In this document: piece by piece, positions 41,317 through 52,332 of the stretch
How the letters are laid out: every line of letters starts with the position of its first letter
How positions within the stretch are numbered: position 1 is the stretch's first letter
Source of the DNA: Macrostomum hystrix
Lineage: Eukaryota; Animalia; Platyhelminthes
Assembly (NCBI GenBank): GCA_950097015.1
Contig: CATNEN010000001.1
Location: forward strand, 22,630,001-22,694,000
DNA: 64,000 bases
Reading direction: 5' to 3'
The notes under the pieces: generated by a model
Seen by the model: only the letters and a program-made list of their open reading frames with translations
Databases searched by the model: none
Told to the model about the DNA's origin: nothing
Program-made: the position numbers and the translations under genes

Positions 41317-41975
41317 TCTAGCAAGAACTGCAACTAGAATCGCAGCAAGAACTGTTACTAGAATCGCAGCAAGAAATACAACTAGAATCGCAGCAAGAAC
41401 AGCTACTGGAATTTCAGCATGAACAGCTACTAGAATCGCAGAAAGAACAGCTACTGGAATTTCAGCATGAACAGCTACTAGAATCGCAGCAAATACTGCT
41501 ACTAGAATCGCAGCAAGAACAGCTACTAGAATCGCAGCAAGAACTGCTACTAGAAACGCAGCAAGAACTGCTAGTAGAATCGCAGCAAGAACTGCTACTA
41601 GAATCGCAGCAAGAACAGCTACTAGAATCGCAGCAAGAACTGCAACTAGAATCGCAGCATGAAATGCTACTAGAATCGCAGCAAGAACTGCAACTAGAAT
41701 CGCAGCAAGAACAGCTACTAGAATCGCAGCAAGAACTGCAACTAGAATCGCAGCAAGAACAGCTACTAGAATCGCAGCAAGTACTGCTACTAGAATCGCA
41801 GCAAGAACAGCTACTAGAATCGCAGCAAGAACTGCAACTAGAATCGCAGCAAGAACTGCTAGTAGAATCGCAGCAAGAACTGCTACTAGAATCGCAGCAA
41901 GAACTGCTACTAGAATCGCAGGAAGAAGTGCAACTAGAATCGCAGCAAGAACTACAACTAGAATCGCAGCAAAGA
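41317..41975. repeat. 24-bp minisatellite CTAGAATCGCAGCAAGAACAGCTA (inverted relative of 36293-37680)
   Basis: Tandem copies; reverse complement shares GTTCYTGCTGCGATTCTAG. Confidence 0.97.
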
Positions 41976-42914
41976 ACTACTTCTGTAGAACCTGGTTTCT
42001 AGAAACACTTCAGCTTGCTCTTGGCTATGCTTCATAGATTGGAATGAAATGGATGCCTTCATCGGCCGTTTTATCTGGGCTCAGAAATCACCAAGGCGCG
42101 TTGAAAGTAGATTTAACAATTATCTAGATAGATGAGAGTCTGGGTGATGGCTGCAGTCCGCTATTATGCCTGGCAGAATCATAGACGTCAACAACACCGG
42201 AAATTCCTTTGACGCCGGTGCAAATTCATCGCATTCTGATTTGCCTCAATACGTCTGAAGATTAAGAGATTTAGCACAAGTATTTTGGTAAATATATTCT
42301 AACCAAAATGAAACCGATATCTTTGAGACAGGCATACTGTTAGGACTCAAAGTGACGCAGACAACTCAGCCAAGTAAACTCGAAAACTAAATTCTGGAAA
42401 ACTAAATTCTGGACTCTCTAAGAGTCCAGACGGATTGTCACAGTTTCTCATTGTGACCTACGCCATCTGATTCACCAAGGCCAAGAATTGATCATGAAAC
42501 TCAGTCAGAATTGAACGCAAAATTTAACACCTTTACCGAAGTGTTTAAATGTTGCAGATAGGCGACAGGACACAGTCAGTAAACATTAGAATATCTATAT
42601 ATTTATGATTAATTCTTGAATGATTAATGTCTCAATCACGGCGGTCGCTGAAGTAACAACCTGAAATCAATCTCCTGAAAGAGACGAAAATATTTTATGA
42701 ATATTGGCATTCAATAAAATTCACTAACAACAGCAATGCAGTGTTTTTCCAAAGCAGCATGAACTGACAGTTAAAAAGGCCGATGTCCATAGGGCGGCGG
42801 CAACTTGACTAGCTCACAAAATTTTCAGGGGATGCAAGAAATCACTGCGAGTTAAATAAGGCTGAGAGTTAAGTTAAGGTAGCTTAAGCGGGCTACTGAC
42901 AAACAGGTTTGTAG

Positions 42915-43095
42915 CAGGGACCACTAGATGAAGAAGGACGAGACAATTCGTTTCCTGGAAAATTATTGAAGGCAGATTTTTCACAGAAAAACGTGAAAAG
43001 TTTCTATCTCGCGAGTGCATTTTCCGATAATATCAGCCTTTAATAAATTTTCCAAGAAACTAAGTGTCCCATCTTGCTTCTTCTAGTGGTCCCTG
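42915..43095. mobile_element. hAT-like MITE (~180 bp)
   Basis: TIRs CAGGGACCACTAGA...TCTAGTGGTCCCTG with further imperfect pairing; 8-bp flanks GTTTGTAG and GTTTAGAG. Confidence 0.7.
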
Positions 43096-43189
43096 GTTTA
43101 GAGTTGAAATCCTTACCATATTCTAAAACTGTTTCATAAACCTAAACACACGCGCAACCTAATAAGTGTGCCATGGCACTCTAACAAAT

Positions 43190-43262
43190 ATGGCCTCGCC
43201 AGGATTCGAGCCCAGGCAGTTTGGTGGGTAGAGTCAGGCGCGTTACAGGTGAGTGGGCTGTG
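43190..43262 (-). mobile_element. Degenerate tRNA-derived SINE head
   Basis: Minus strand TAACGCG...GCTCGAATCCTGGCGAGGCCA matches the copies at 53960-54040 and 62679-62760. Confidence 0.55.
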
Positions 43263-43428
43263 CCTCGGGCCAGATGTTGAATTTTCATTTACAAATCCAG
43301 AAGAAAAAAAGCTAAATGGACATCAGCAAGAATCACATTGAAAATCTCCTACGGGTACAATAAAAGTACGAGCAAACTAATTATGGCACAAATTATGACG
43401 CAATAGTCCTTCCCCACTCAGATCAGCC

Positions 43429-46400
43429 CTAAGACAATGGCGAAGCGTAACGCAGGCCGGCATCCTTGGTAACGGGCAGGTGGCTGCTGTCCTTGCCAGC
43501 CAAAGCGCGACTGAATTTATCCCACAGGGCGTTGACCAGGTAGCAGAGCATGGCGGAGCATGCGAACACGCCGCCAGTGATGGCTGCCAGGTTGGTGAGG
43601 AAGCTGCTGAGGGGTAGGCCGGCGTCCCTGACAACAACCTGCAGCGGGCTGACCTCGTACTTAAAGAACAGCCCGGGCAGGCCGTGGCTACCCTTGGTGT
43701 GGTCGATGACGCGGTCCAACTCCTGAACGGCGTACTGGAAGCTGCGCAGGACGCCTTTGGCTGCAGCCGAGAAGCCGCGGCGGTGGAGCTCGGTTGGCAC
43801 CACCTGGAAGGCAATTTAATGTGGGACCAGTTTACAGCCAGTTTACAGCCAGTTTAACAGCCAGTTTACAGCCAGTTTAACAGCCAGTTTACAGCCAGTT
43901 TAACAGCCAGTTTACAGCCAGTTTACAGCCAGTTTAACAGCCAGTTTACAGCAAGTTTAACAGCCAGTTTACAGCCAGTTTAACAGCCAGTTTACAGCCA
44001 GTTTACATCCAGTTTAACAGCCAGTTTACAGCCAGTTTTACAGCAAGCAGTCAGTTTACAGCCAGTTTAACAGCCAGTTTAACAGCCAGTTTACAGCCAG
44101 TTTAACAGCCAGTTTACAGCCAGTTTAACAGCCAGTTTACAGCCAGTTTAACAGCCAGTTTAACAGCCAGTTTAACAGCCAGTTTACAGCCAGTTTACAG
44201 CCAGTTTAACAGCAAGTTTAACAGCCAGTTTACAGCCAGTTTAACAGCCAGTTTACAGCCAGTTTAACAGCCAGTTTACAGCCAGTTTAACAGCCAGTTT
44301 ACAGCCAGTTTACAGCCAGTTTAACAGCCAGTTTACAGCCAGTTTTACAGCAAGCAGTCAGTTTACAGCCAGTTTAACAGCCAGTTTACAGCCAGTTTAA
44401 CAGCCAGTTTAACAGCCAGTTTTACAGCTAGTTTTACAGCCAGTTTAACAGCCAGTTTTATAGCCATCCCCGACTTCTCCATTATCGGGAGCGAGGCCCT
44501 GTAACACCCGATCAACAAAACGGCGAGAGCTCAGGACCTCCTACTGTTAACCATGCAGGGTCTGACAATGCAAACTGCGTAGACTCACCTGCACAAAGTA
44601 CTGATAATTGGTGCTGGCGTGCTGGGTAATTTTCTCCTCATAGTCGAGCGGGTTAATTCGGCCGGGCACATCCTCTCCAAAACTCAGGTGGTAGATGCGG
44701 TGGGAGAAGTTCAGAGCGGTGGCGTGGCTGGCCTAGAGAGAAAAATAGCAGAAAAGTGCACAAGTTGAGCACTCGGGTTTAAAGTTCAATAAGAGAACGC
44801 TGAACTGTACCTAGCCAGCTAATCTGGTTGCAATCTATATTGAAACTATCACATAGCAAAGGATCTATGCTAAATGAATAGCGTAGAAAAGCAAATATTA
44901 AATTCGCTTTTTAAACAAAAAATTGCGAATCCTAAAGGCTCGTAATTATTGCTTATCGGTAAAAATGACAGTGAATTTAGCAAGACAGGCAGAAAAATAG
45001 GCTGTTAACAATAGAGGCCAAGGGAACTGATTAAAATAGTGGATCTGAACAGAAGCGAGTATATTAGGCATTGGAAATGCTACAAAAATTTAACTGGAGC
45101 AAGCATCTCAAGTTGAAAATAATTACGACTGAAAGCAGAGAGCACAAGGTAAAACGAATAGCTGCGGCAATATTATGGGCAACAATGCGGATAGGATATC
45201 ATTAGGCAGTTGCTAGGGAGACCAGTTAAAGCTAATTATCGAGTGGGCGAATCAATGTATAGTGAGTTAAAAGAACGACTATAATAACACAATTATCCAT
45301 AGGATCGTTTCTCATCACTCCGAAGGTCAATTAGGGACTGTCAGTAGGGGTGTCAATTAGGGACTTGTCAGTAAGGGGTGTCAATTAGGGACTTGTCAGT
45401 AAGGGGTGTCAATTAGGGACTTGTCAGTAAGGGGTGTCAATTAGGGACTGTCAGTAGGGGGTGTCAATTAGGGACTTGTCAGTAAGGGGTGTCAATTAGG
45501 GACTTGTCAGTAAGGGGTGTCAATTAGGGACTGTCAGTAGGGGTGTCAATTAGGGACTGTCAGTAGGGGGTGTCAATTAGGGACTGTCAGTAAGGGGTGT
45601 CAATTAGGGACTGTCAGTAGGGGTGTCAATTAGGGACTGTCAGTAGGGGGTGTCAATTAGGGACTGTCAGTAGGGGGTGTCAATTAGGGACTGTCAGTAG
45701 GGGTGTCAATTAGGGACTTGTCAGTAGGGGGTGTCAATTAGGGACTGTCAGTAGGGGGTGTCAATTAGGGACTGTCAGTAGGGGTGTCAATTAGGGACTG
45801 TCAGTAGGGGTGTCAATTAGGGACTTGTCAGTAGGGAATGTCAATTAGGGACTTGTAAGTAGGGGTGTCAATTAGGGACTGTCAGTAGGGGGTGTCAATT
45901 AGGGACTGTCAGTAGGGGGTGTCAATTAGGGACTGTCAGTAGGGGGTGTCAATTAGGGACTGTCAGGGACTTGTCAGTAGGGGGTTTCAATTAGGGACTG
46001 TCAGTAGGGGGTGTCAATTAGGGACTGTCAGTAGGGGTGTCAATTAGGGACTGTCAGTAGGGGGTGTCAATTAGGGACTTGTCAGTAGGGAATGTTAATT
46101 AGGGACTGTCAGTAGGGAATGTTAATTAGGGACTGTCAGTAGGGAATGTCAATTAGGGACTGTCAGTAGGGAATGTCAATTAGGGACTGACAGTAGGGAA
46201 TTTCAATTAGGGACTGTCAGTAGGGGTGTCAATTAGGGACTGTCAGTAGGGGGTGTCAATTAGGGACTGACAGTAGGGAATTTCAATTAGGGACTGTCAG
46301 TAGGGAATGTCAATTAGGGACTGTCAGTAGGGGGTGTCAATTAGGGACTGTCAGTAGGGGGTGTCAATTAGGGACTGTCAGTAGGGGGTGTCAATTAGGG

Positions 46401-48990
46401 AGTCAGTTGGGGAACAATTGAGGGGATTAACTGTCTTTAATAGGGGAGGTAAAAACGGTAAAAAAGCAAAAACAGCGAGCGAGCAGCTCATAGAATTCAG
46501 ACCTGAAAGTGAGCGTGCGAGCCGCCAAAGTTGACCGGCTTGCCGCCAGTGAGGTGCAAATTGCCAGCCACCTTGTTGACACGGAATCTGCCGCGCAGTC
46601 GGCAAGCTGAAGTGGCCCTGCGCTCGCTCGCGCTTTGAAAGTGTTCGCTGCCCAACACGCTCAGCCAGCCCTTGTCGGCGAATAAGTCGCTCTGCAGAGC
46701 GTGATGATGCTGGCGAATGGCCTCCTGTCATGACCGGGTTCGGCGAAAATCAATTATTTTAGAACATCAATTCGTCAAAGTGCTGCTTTGTGGTCCAACC
46801 CAGACCATATCCAACACTTGCTTGACCCGTCTTCTCCGGTCACGTCATCTCACCATTGTATCATCTCACCGTTGTCTCATCTCTCCCCTGTCTTATCTCT
46901 CCGTTGCCTCATCTCTCCCCTGTCTCATCTCTCCCCTGTCTCATCTCTCCGTTGTCTCATCTCTCCCCTGTCTCATCTCTCCGTTGTCTCATCTCTCCCC
47001 TGTCTCATCTCACCGTTGTCTCATCTCTCCCCTGTCTCATCTCTCCCCTGTCTTATCTCTCCCCTGTCTCATCTCTCCCCTGTCTCATCTCTCCGTTGTC
47101 TCATCTCTCTCCTGTCTCATCTCACCGTTGTCTCATCTCTCCCGTCTCATCTCACACCTGTCTCATCTCACCGTTGTCTCATCTCTCCCCTGTCTCATCT
47201 CTCCCCTGTCTCATCTCTCCGTTTTCTCATCTCTCCCTTGTCTCATCTCTCCCCTGTCTCATCTCTCTGTTGTCTCATCTCTCCCCTGTCTCATCTCTCG
47301 TTGTCTCATCTCTCCCGTCTCATCTCACACCTGTCTCATCTCACCGTTGTCTCATCTCTCCCCTGTCTCATCTTTCCCCTGTCTCATCTCTCCCCTGTCT
47401 CATCTCTCCCCGGTCTCATCTTTCCCCTGTCTCATCTTTCCCCTGTCTCATCTCTCCCCTGTCTCATCTCTCCCCTGTCTCATCTCTCCGTTGTCTCATC
47501 TCTCCCCTGTCTCATCTCTCCGTTGTCTCATCTCTCCCCTGTCTCATCTCTCCCCTGTCTCATATCTCCGCCGTTGTCTCATCTCTCCCCTGTCTCATCT
47601 CTCCCCTGTCTTATCTCTCCGTTGCCTCATCTCTCCCCTGTCTCATCTCTCCGTTGTCTCATCTCTCCCCTGTCTCATCTCACCGTTGTCTCATCTCTCC
47701 CGTCTCATCTCACACCTGTCTCATCTCACCGTTGTCTCATCTCTCCCCTGTCTCATCTCTCCCCTGTCTCATCTCTCCGTTTTCTCATCTCTCCCTTGTC
47801 TCATCTCTCCCCTGTCTCATCTCTCTGTTGTCTCATCTCTCCCCTGTCTCATCTCTCGTTGTCTCATCTCTCCCGTCTCATCTCACACCTGTCTCATCTC
47901 ACCGTTGTCTCATCTCTCCCCTGTCTCATCTTTCCCCTGTCTCATCTCTCCCCTGTCTCATCTCTCCCCTGTCTCATCTCTCCCCTGTCTCATCTCTCCC
48001 TTGTCTCATCTCTCCCCTGTCTCATCTCTCCGTTGTCTCATCTCTCCCCTGTCTCATCTCTCCCCTGTCTCATCTCTCCGCCGTCTCATCTCTCCCCTGT
48101 CTCATCTCTCCCCTGTCTCATCTCTCCCCTGTCTCATCTCTCCCCTGTCTCATATCTCCGTTGCCTCATCTCTCCCCTGTCTCATCTCTCCGCCGTCTCA
48201 TACTCCGTTGTCTCATCTCACCATTGTATCACCTCTCCGCTGTCTCATCTCTCCACTGTCTCACGTCCACCGCGTCTAATCTCTTCCCTGACTCATGTTT
48301 CTATTGTCTCATATCTTCATTGTCCCAACTCTACAGTATTTCATGTCTTTTTATTATTAAACAAAACCAATAGACATGAAATATGGTAATTAGTCAGGAA
48401 AATACAAGTGAAAATATAATTGATCGGCATCGGTGACCTACTAACAGTAGGACAGCACGAGTCGCATCAACTACCTGCATATGCTGGCGAATGCTGAACC
48501 TGGTCCTAGAGGAGTCGTCCAACTCGAAGTCGGTTGGAATCTCCTCCAATTCGGCCGTGCCGTGAGTCTCGGTGCCGGTGATGTCCAAGACGTCCATGCC
48601 GATGGCGCTGCATGGAGAGGCCACAACTATGTCGACATTGATGATCATCTCGGAGCTGTGGTCCGGATCAACTCCATAGGCAAACTGAACCCGGCGCTCC
48701 ATGTAGTTGTTGACCTCAACGCAGACCAGCAGGAACATCAGCAGGAAGGTGATCAGAGTGATGCCGGCGCCAGATGCTGTGCCAGAGCTGCGGCAATCGT
48801 CTGGCAGTTTAGTGAACACATCCAGCTTGCGGACTGCTTTAACAACCTCCTCAGCTACTGCCGACTTGTCCACATTCGAATCTGGACTGTTGGTCACATT
48901 TCTGTGCCTCAGGCCTCCAGCGGACTGCGATGACTGAGCATGATTTGAGCTGGCACTGCTGCCAATGTCAATGCTGTTAGTGCTGCTCAT
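43429..48990 (-). CDS. ERGIC2: ER-Golgi intermediate compartment protein 2 (Erv41), ~418 aa; exons 48990-48475, 46724-46503, 44732-44589, 43803-43429
   Basis: VRKLDVFTKLP, INVDIVVASPCSAIGMDVLD, ACRL.G...NKVAGNLHLT, NFSHRIYHLSFGE..PG.INPLD, YQYFVQVVPT, GSHGLPGLFFKYEVSPL; all junctions phase 0. Confidence 0.93.
43827..44466. repeat. 11/12-bp minisatellite CCAGTTTA(A)CAG in ERGIC2 intron 3
   Basis: Visible tandem copies. Confidence 0.95.
45326..46400. repeat. 26-28-bp minisatellite TGTCAATTAGGGACTGTCAGTAGGGG in ERGIC2 intron 2
   Basis: Visible tandem copies, each containing TTAGGG. Confidence 0.95.
46843..48270. repeat. ~16-bp minisatellite TCTCATCTCTCCCCTG in ERGIC2 intron 1
   Basis: Tandem copies with a ~558-bp internal duplication. 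Confidence 0.97.
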
Positions 48991-51160
48991 GGCTGATCAC
49001 AGCTATAATATTGAATTGGCTTATATCATTACATATGCAACAGTGCTTTAAATCTAACTTTGGACCAAACAGTGGACCAATTTGGCAGTCATTTTATCTG
49101 AACCAAGAACACAATAGCTTTATCAATGCATATTTCCAAATTAAATTTGTACTGTTGTGATAAACAAATAGTAGTACATAAAGCTTGCAAAAACTTTGAA
49201 AAATTAAATTCAATTATAATCATTACTGATGCCAATTCTGGTTCAGCCTGTGGTGATGGAGGATAAGATAAAATTAGAAAATTACTACCCTTATATTGCC
49301 AAAGCAAAGGTAGCAATACTATTTCAATTGTCACTAATATATTTTGTTTTACTAGGCCAAATATCAATATGTGATTGCAAATAAATTATATTTTAGAAAT
49401 ATTTTAAACTGGCTCTTTTCAAATGAAAAATAGGCCCAAAGCCAATTAAAATATAAAGGATTCATTGTTTTATTCGCCACATATTGAGAAAAAATATATA
49501 AACAATAATAAATATCCCTTGTAAAAAACTGATTAACATGATTGACCATGCCTCTAGCTAGAAAAGTAATCACCCCTCTTAGGTTTTGTTACAAATTGTC
49601 AATAAGCTCCTGAATAAATAAATTACAATATTCCAATGTATACAGTCTTAAATGTTAAACAGTTAACCACCCAAGGACTTAATTTCTCCGCTTTCAACGA
49701 GCAGGAGCAACAATCCTCCCAAAGACCACTCTTGCCCTGCTGAGAGCCATCTTGAGTCTTGACCTCACAAAGACCAAACTATAGGCCTACCCTTGAACTA
49801 AGTTAGTCCCTGAAACAACCAAATTTCTGGAAATGGTTTTATTTTTTTAATTTGCTGATAAAATAATTTGAGACACAAACTTCAAATCTAAATGACTGTC
49901 ATTTTGTAGCTTGTTAATTATTTTATCTTACAAATGATAGAGGTTCTTGTGGTAGCGCTACAACCCCTTATAACTTAGTTATAAGTTATAGGCCTAACTC
50001 GGTTAACCGGACAAATAATCAAATAATTGAATAATCAACTACCAATATTTAAATCCATATTTTCTCTTCCCTGGCTGGGCTTGTGCATTTCTGCTTTGCA
50101 TTTCAGTTTTGCAAAGCAGAAAAAAAATTTTCAGTTTACAGTTTTGCATTTCTATTTAACCCTATACTGCCTCACTAGATACACCCCAGTGGGATGTTAT
50201 TGAAAGGATAAATAAAATCTTTCAAATAAATTCATAATTCATTAATTAACCACTACACGAAAATATTATTGCTGCTTCTTTGTCACAATGCAATCAGAAG
50301 TCTGAAATTAGAATAATAATTACTAACCATATAGTATTTAGGCTAAGAAATATATAATTATAATTAAAAGCAGATCATTTATTGTTATTATTTATATCCA
50401 CAGTAACATTAATGAACTAATGATACTGATACAATGTACCTTATCTTTTACCGATTAAACTAGTTTTATTGAATTATCTTTTTTAATTAACTTTAGTAAT
50501 CAAGCTAGCAGCCTAAAAATAGGTTAAAATAGTTTCATTTCAAATTCATAGCTTTGGTAGTTACATGTCAATTGATATTATGATACTGCAACTTTAGAAT
50601 GAAAGGATAAAATGCACTGAAAAAAAACTAAAAAAGTAATATAACTGTACGATAACTGAAAGGAATAAATCAACATCCGTTATAGCCATCTCATACACTC
50701 GGAACACCGTTGGACTACAGGAGGCACTGAATCGTTTCTTTGAAACTGACGAGCGATTTTTTAACTCAAATTAGCGCAGTTCAGTCATCAAAGTTTTAAC
50801 AAAAGTGATTAATAATTGCCTTAGTTCGTATATTTGTGTAAAGCGTTTTAATTGCTAGCCTGTATAGCTAAAAAGAAACCAGAATTAACACAGGGACCAT
50901 AGAAGGAGGGTTGGTTTTCACTACAGAATTGTTGAACTTCCGCGTCCAACAGCGTCTGGAACTTCTCAATCTTCTTAATAGCTATCTCCACAAGTGCATG
51001 GATCCAAACTTTCTTTATTGGGTATCCAACATAATTATTACTTTCTCTAGTGACATTCCAAACTCCTGATACTGTTCAGGTATCGAACATAGGAACGAAC
51101 TTTAGTAGCTACTAATTGTAAATAAGAAAAATTAGCAAGCTAAAGGGGATAGACTTTTAA

Positions 51161-51292
51161 GGCTCTAGAATGGAGTCCATGGTCAATCCACGAACGAAAC
51201 CGAATGAAACCGATGGGAATTGGACTGGGTGAGCTTACTGATTTCTGTCTGTTTTAATCAAGGGTTGACATCGGGTTCGCGATTCTAGAGCC
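51161..51292. mobile_element. Small MITE with TTAA flanks (Kolobok-like termini)
   Basis: TTAA-GGCTCTAGAAT...ATTCTAGAGCC-TTAA. Confidence 0.5.
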
Positions 51293-52332
51293 TTAAGTTG
51301 ACAGCCCCTTTCCCTATGCAAAGCATATCCCTGTGTTTTTTACGATATGATGAATATTTATGAAGGCTGAAAAGGCGATCAGACCCCAATCAATTATCAA
51401 AAACACGAATGCAAAAAGCTTTGAACACAACTCAATTATCTGCATTATCAAAACAGATCAGTTTAATCGGAGTTTATATATATTGAGCACTAAATTCGTG
51501 GCAAAAACCATGCAGTCGAGTATCAAAGAAAAAGTTAAGAATAAAAAATTACTAAATACTATTTGAATAGATACGAAGAACCATGTGGTATCTGGTGCGA
51601 TGAAATACCCGAGGCGTGCAGATTTTTACTAGTTTAAAAATAATAACAGAAAAGCGTATGGAACAATCATTCATAACCCTGCGATGTACAGTACACAACA
51701 CGAACTGCAACAAAAACTGGCTGATGCTACCTGTGTTTGTAAATCTCATTAATCAACTACTGTACACGCTGTTGATGGAAGGGTGTATCGAATTATAGCA
51801 AAGCAAAACTAATCATGCCAGGTGAAAAACATCTTTTGCTTCACTGGGCTAGCCGTAATTTATATTTCCAAATGCTATTCTTCAACCTAAACTCAATCGA
51901 ATATCAAAAGCAGATCCTCATTTTTAGTTATTTTCCATAATAACAAATCAAAATCAACAATCTGGTCAAGGAGACAACATTAATTTGCCAAGCGAATGAA
52001 ATATTTTTTTAACTTTGTAAGAAACTTCAAAGCAACACACAGGCACACAATGGAATAGAACGAAGTCAGCGAACATTATTGACGCTACTAGTGCTATTTG
52101 TAAGTAGACGATGAGCATTTTAAAGTCCTAAAATGCAGTTCTAATTAAAAAAAAGTCAAGCTTAATTCTTGAAAATTGAAAGTACTTTTGCGGTAGTTCT
52201 TTACCTAAAAAGTAAATCAAACTAGTACAAAAAGCCTTTAAAAGCGCTATTTCGATTGTAATGTCAGGCAAGACTTTTGAAGAGAAAAACCGAATGTAGC
52301 ATAAAAACGAATAAAATCATCCGTAGCAGTTT

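Noticed and set aside
41664-42002. (LLESQQE)n ORF resembling a coiled-coil protein
   Set aside because: Translation of the 24-bp array; no unique coding context
42408-42430. Short hairpin TCTGGACTCT-CTA-AGAGTCCAGA
   Set aside because: Isolated short inverted repeat with no supporting context
46717-48389. Three overlapping ~500-aa ORFs
   Set aside because: All three frames are open only because the repeat lacks stops; they are antisense within ERGIC2 intron 1
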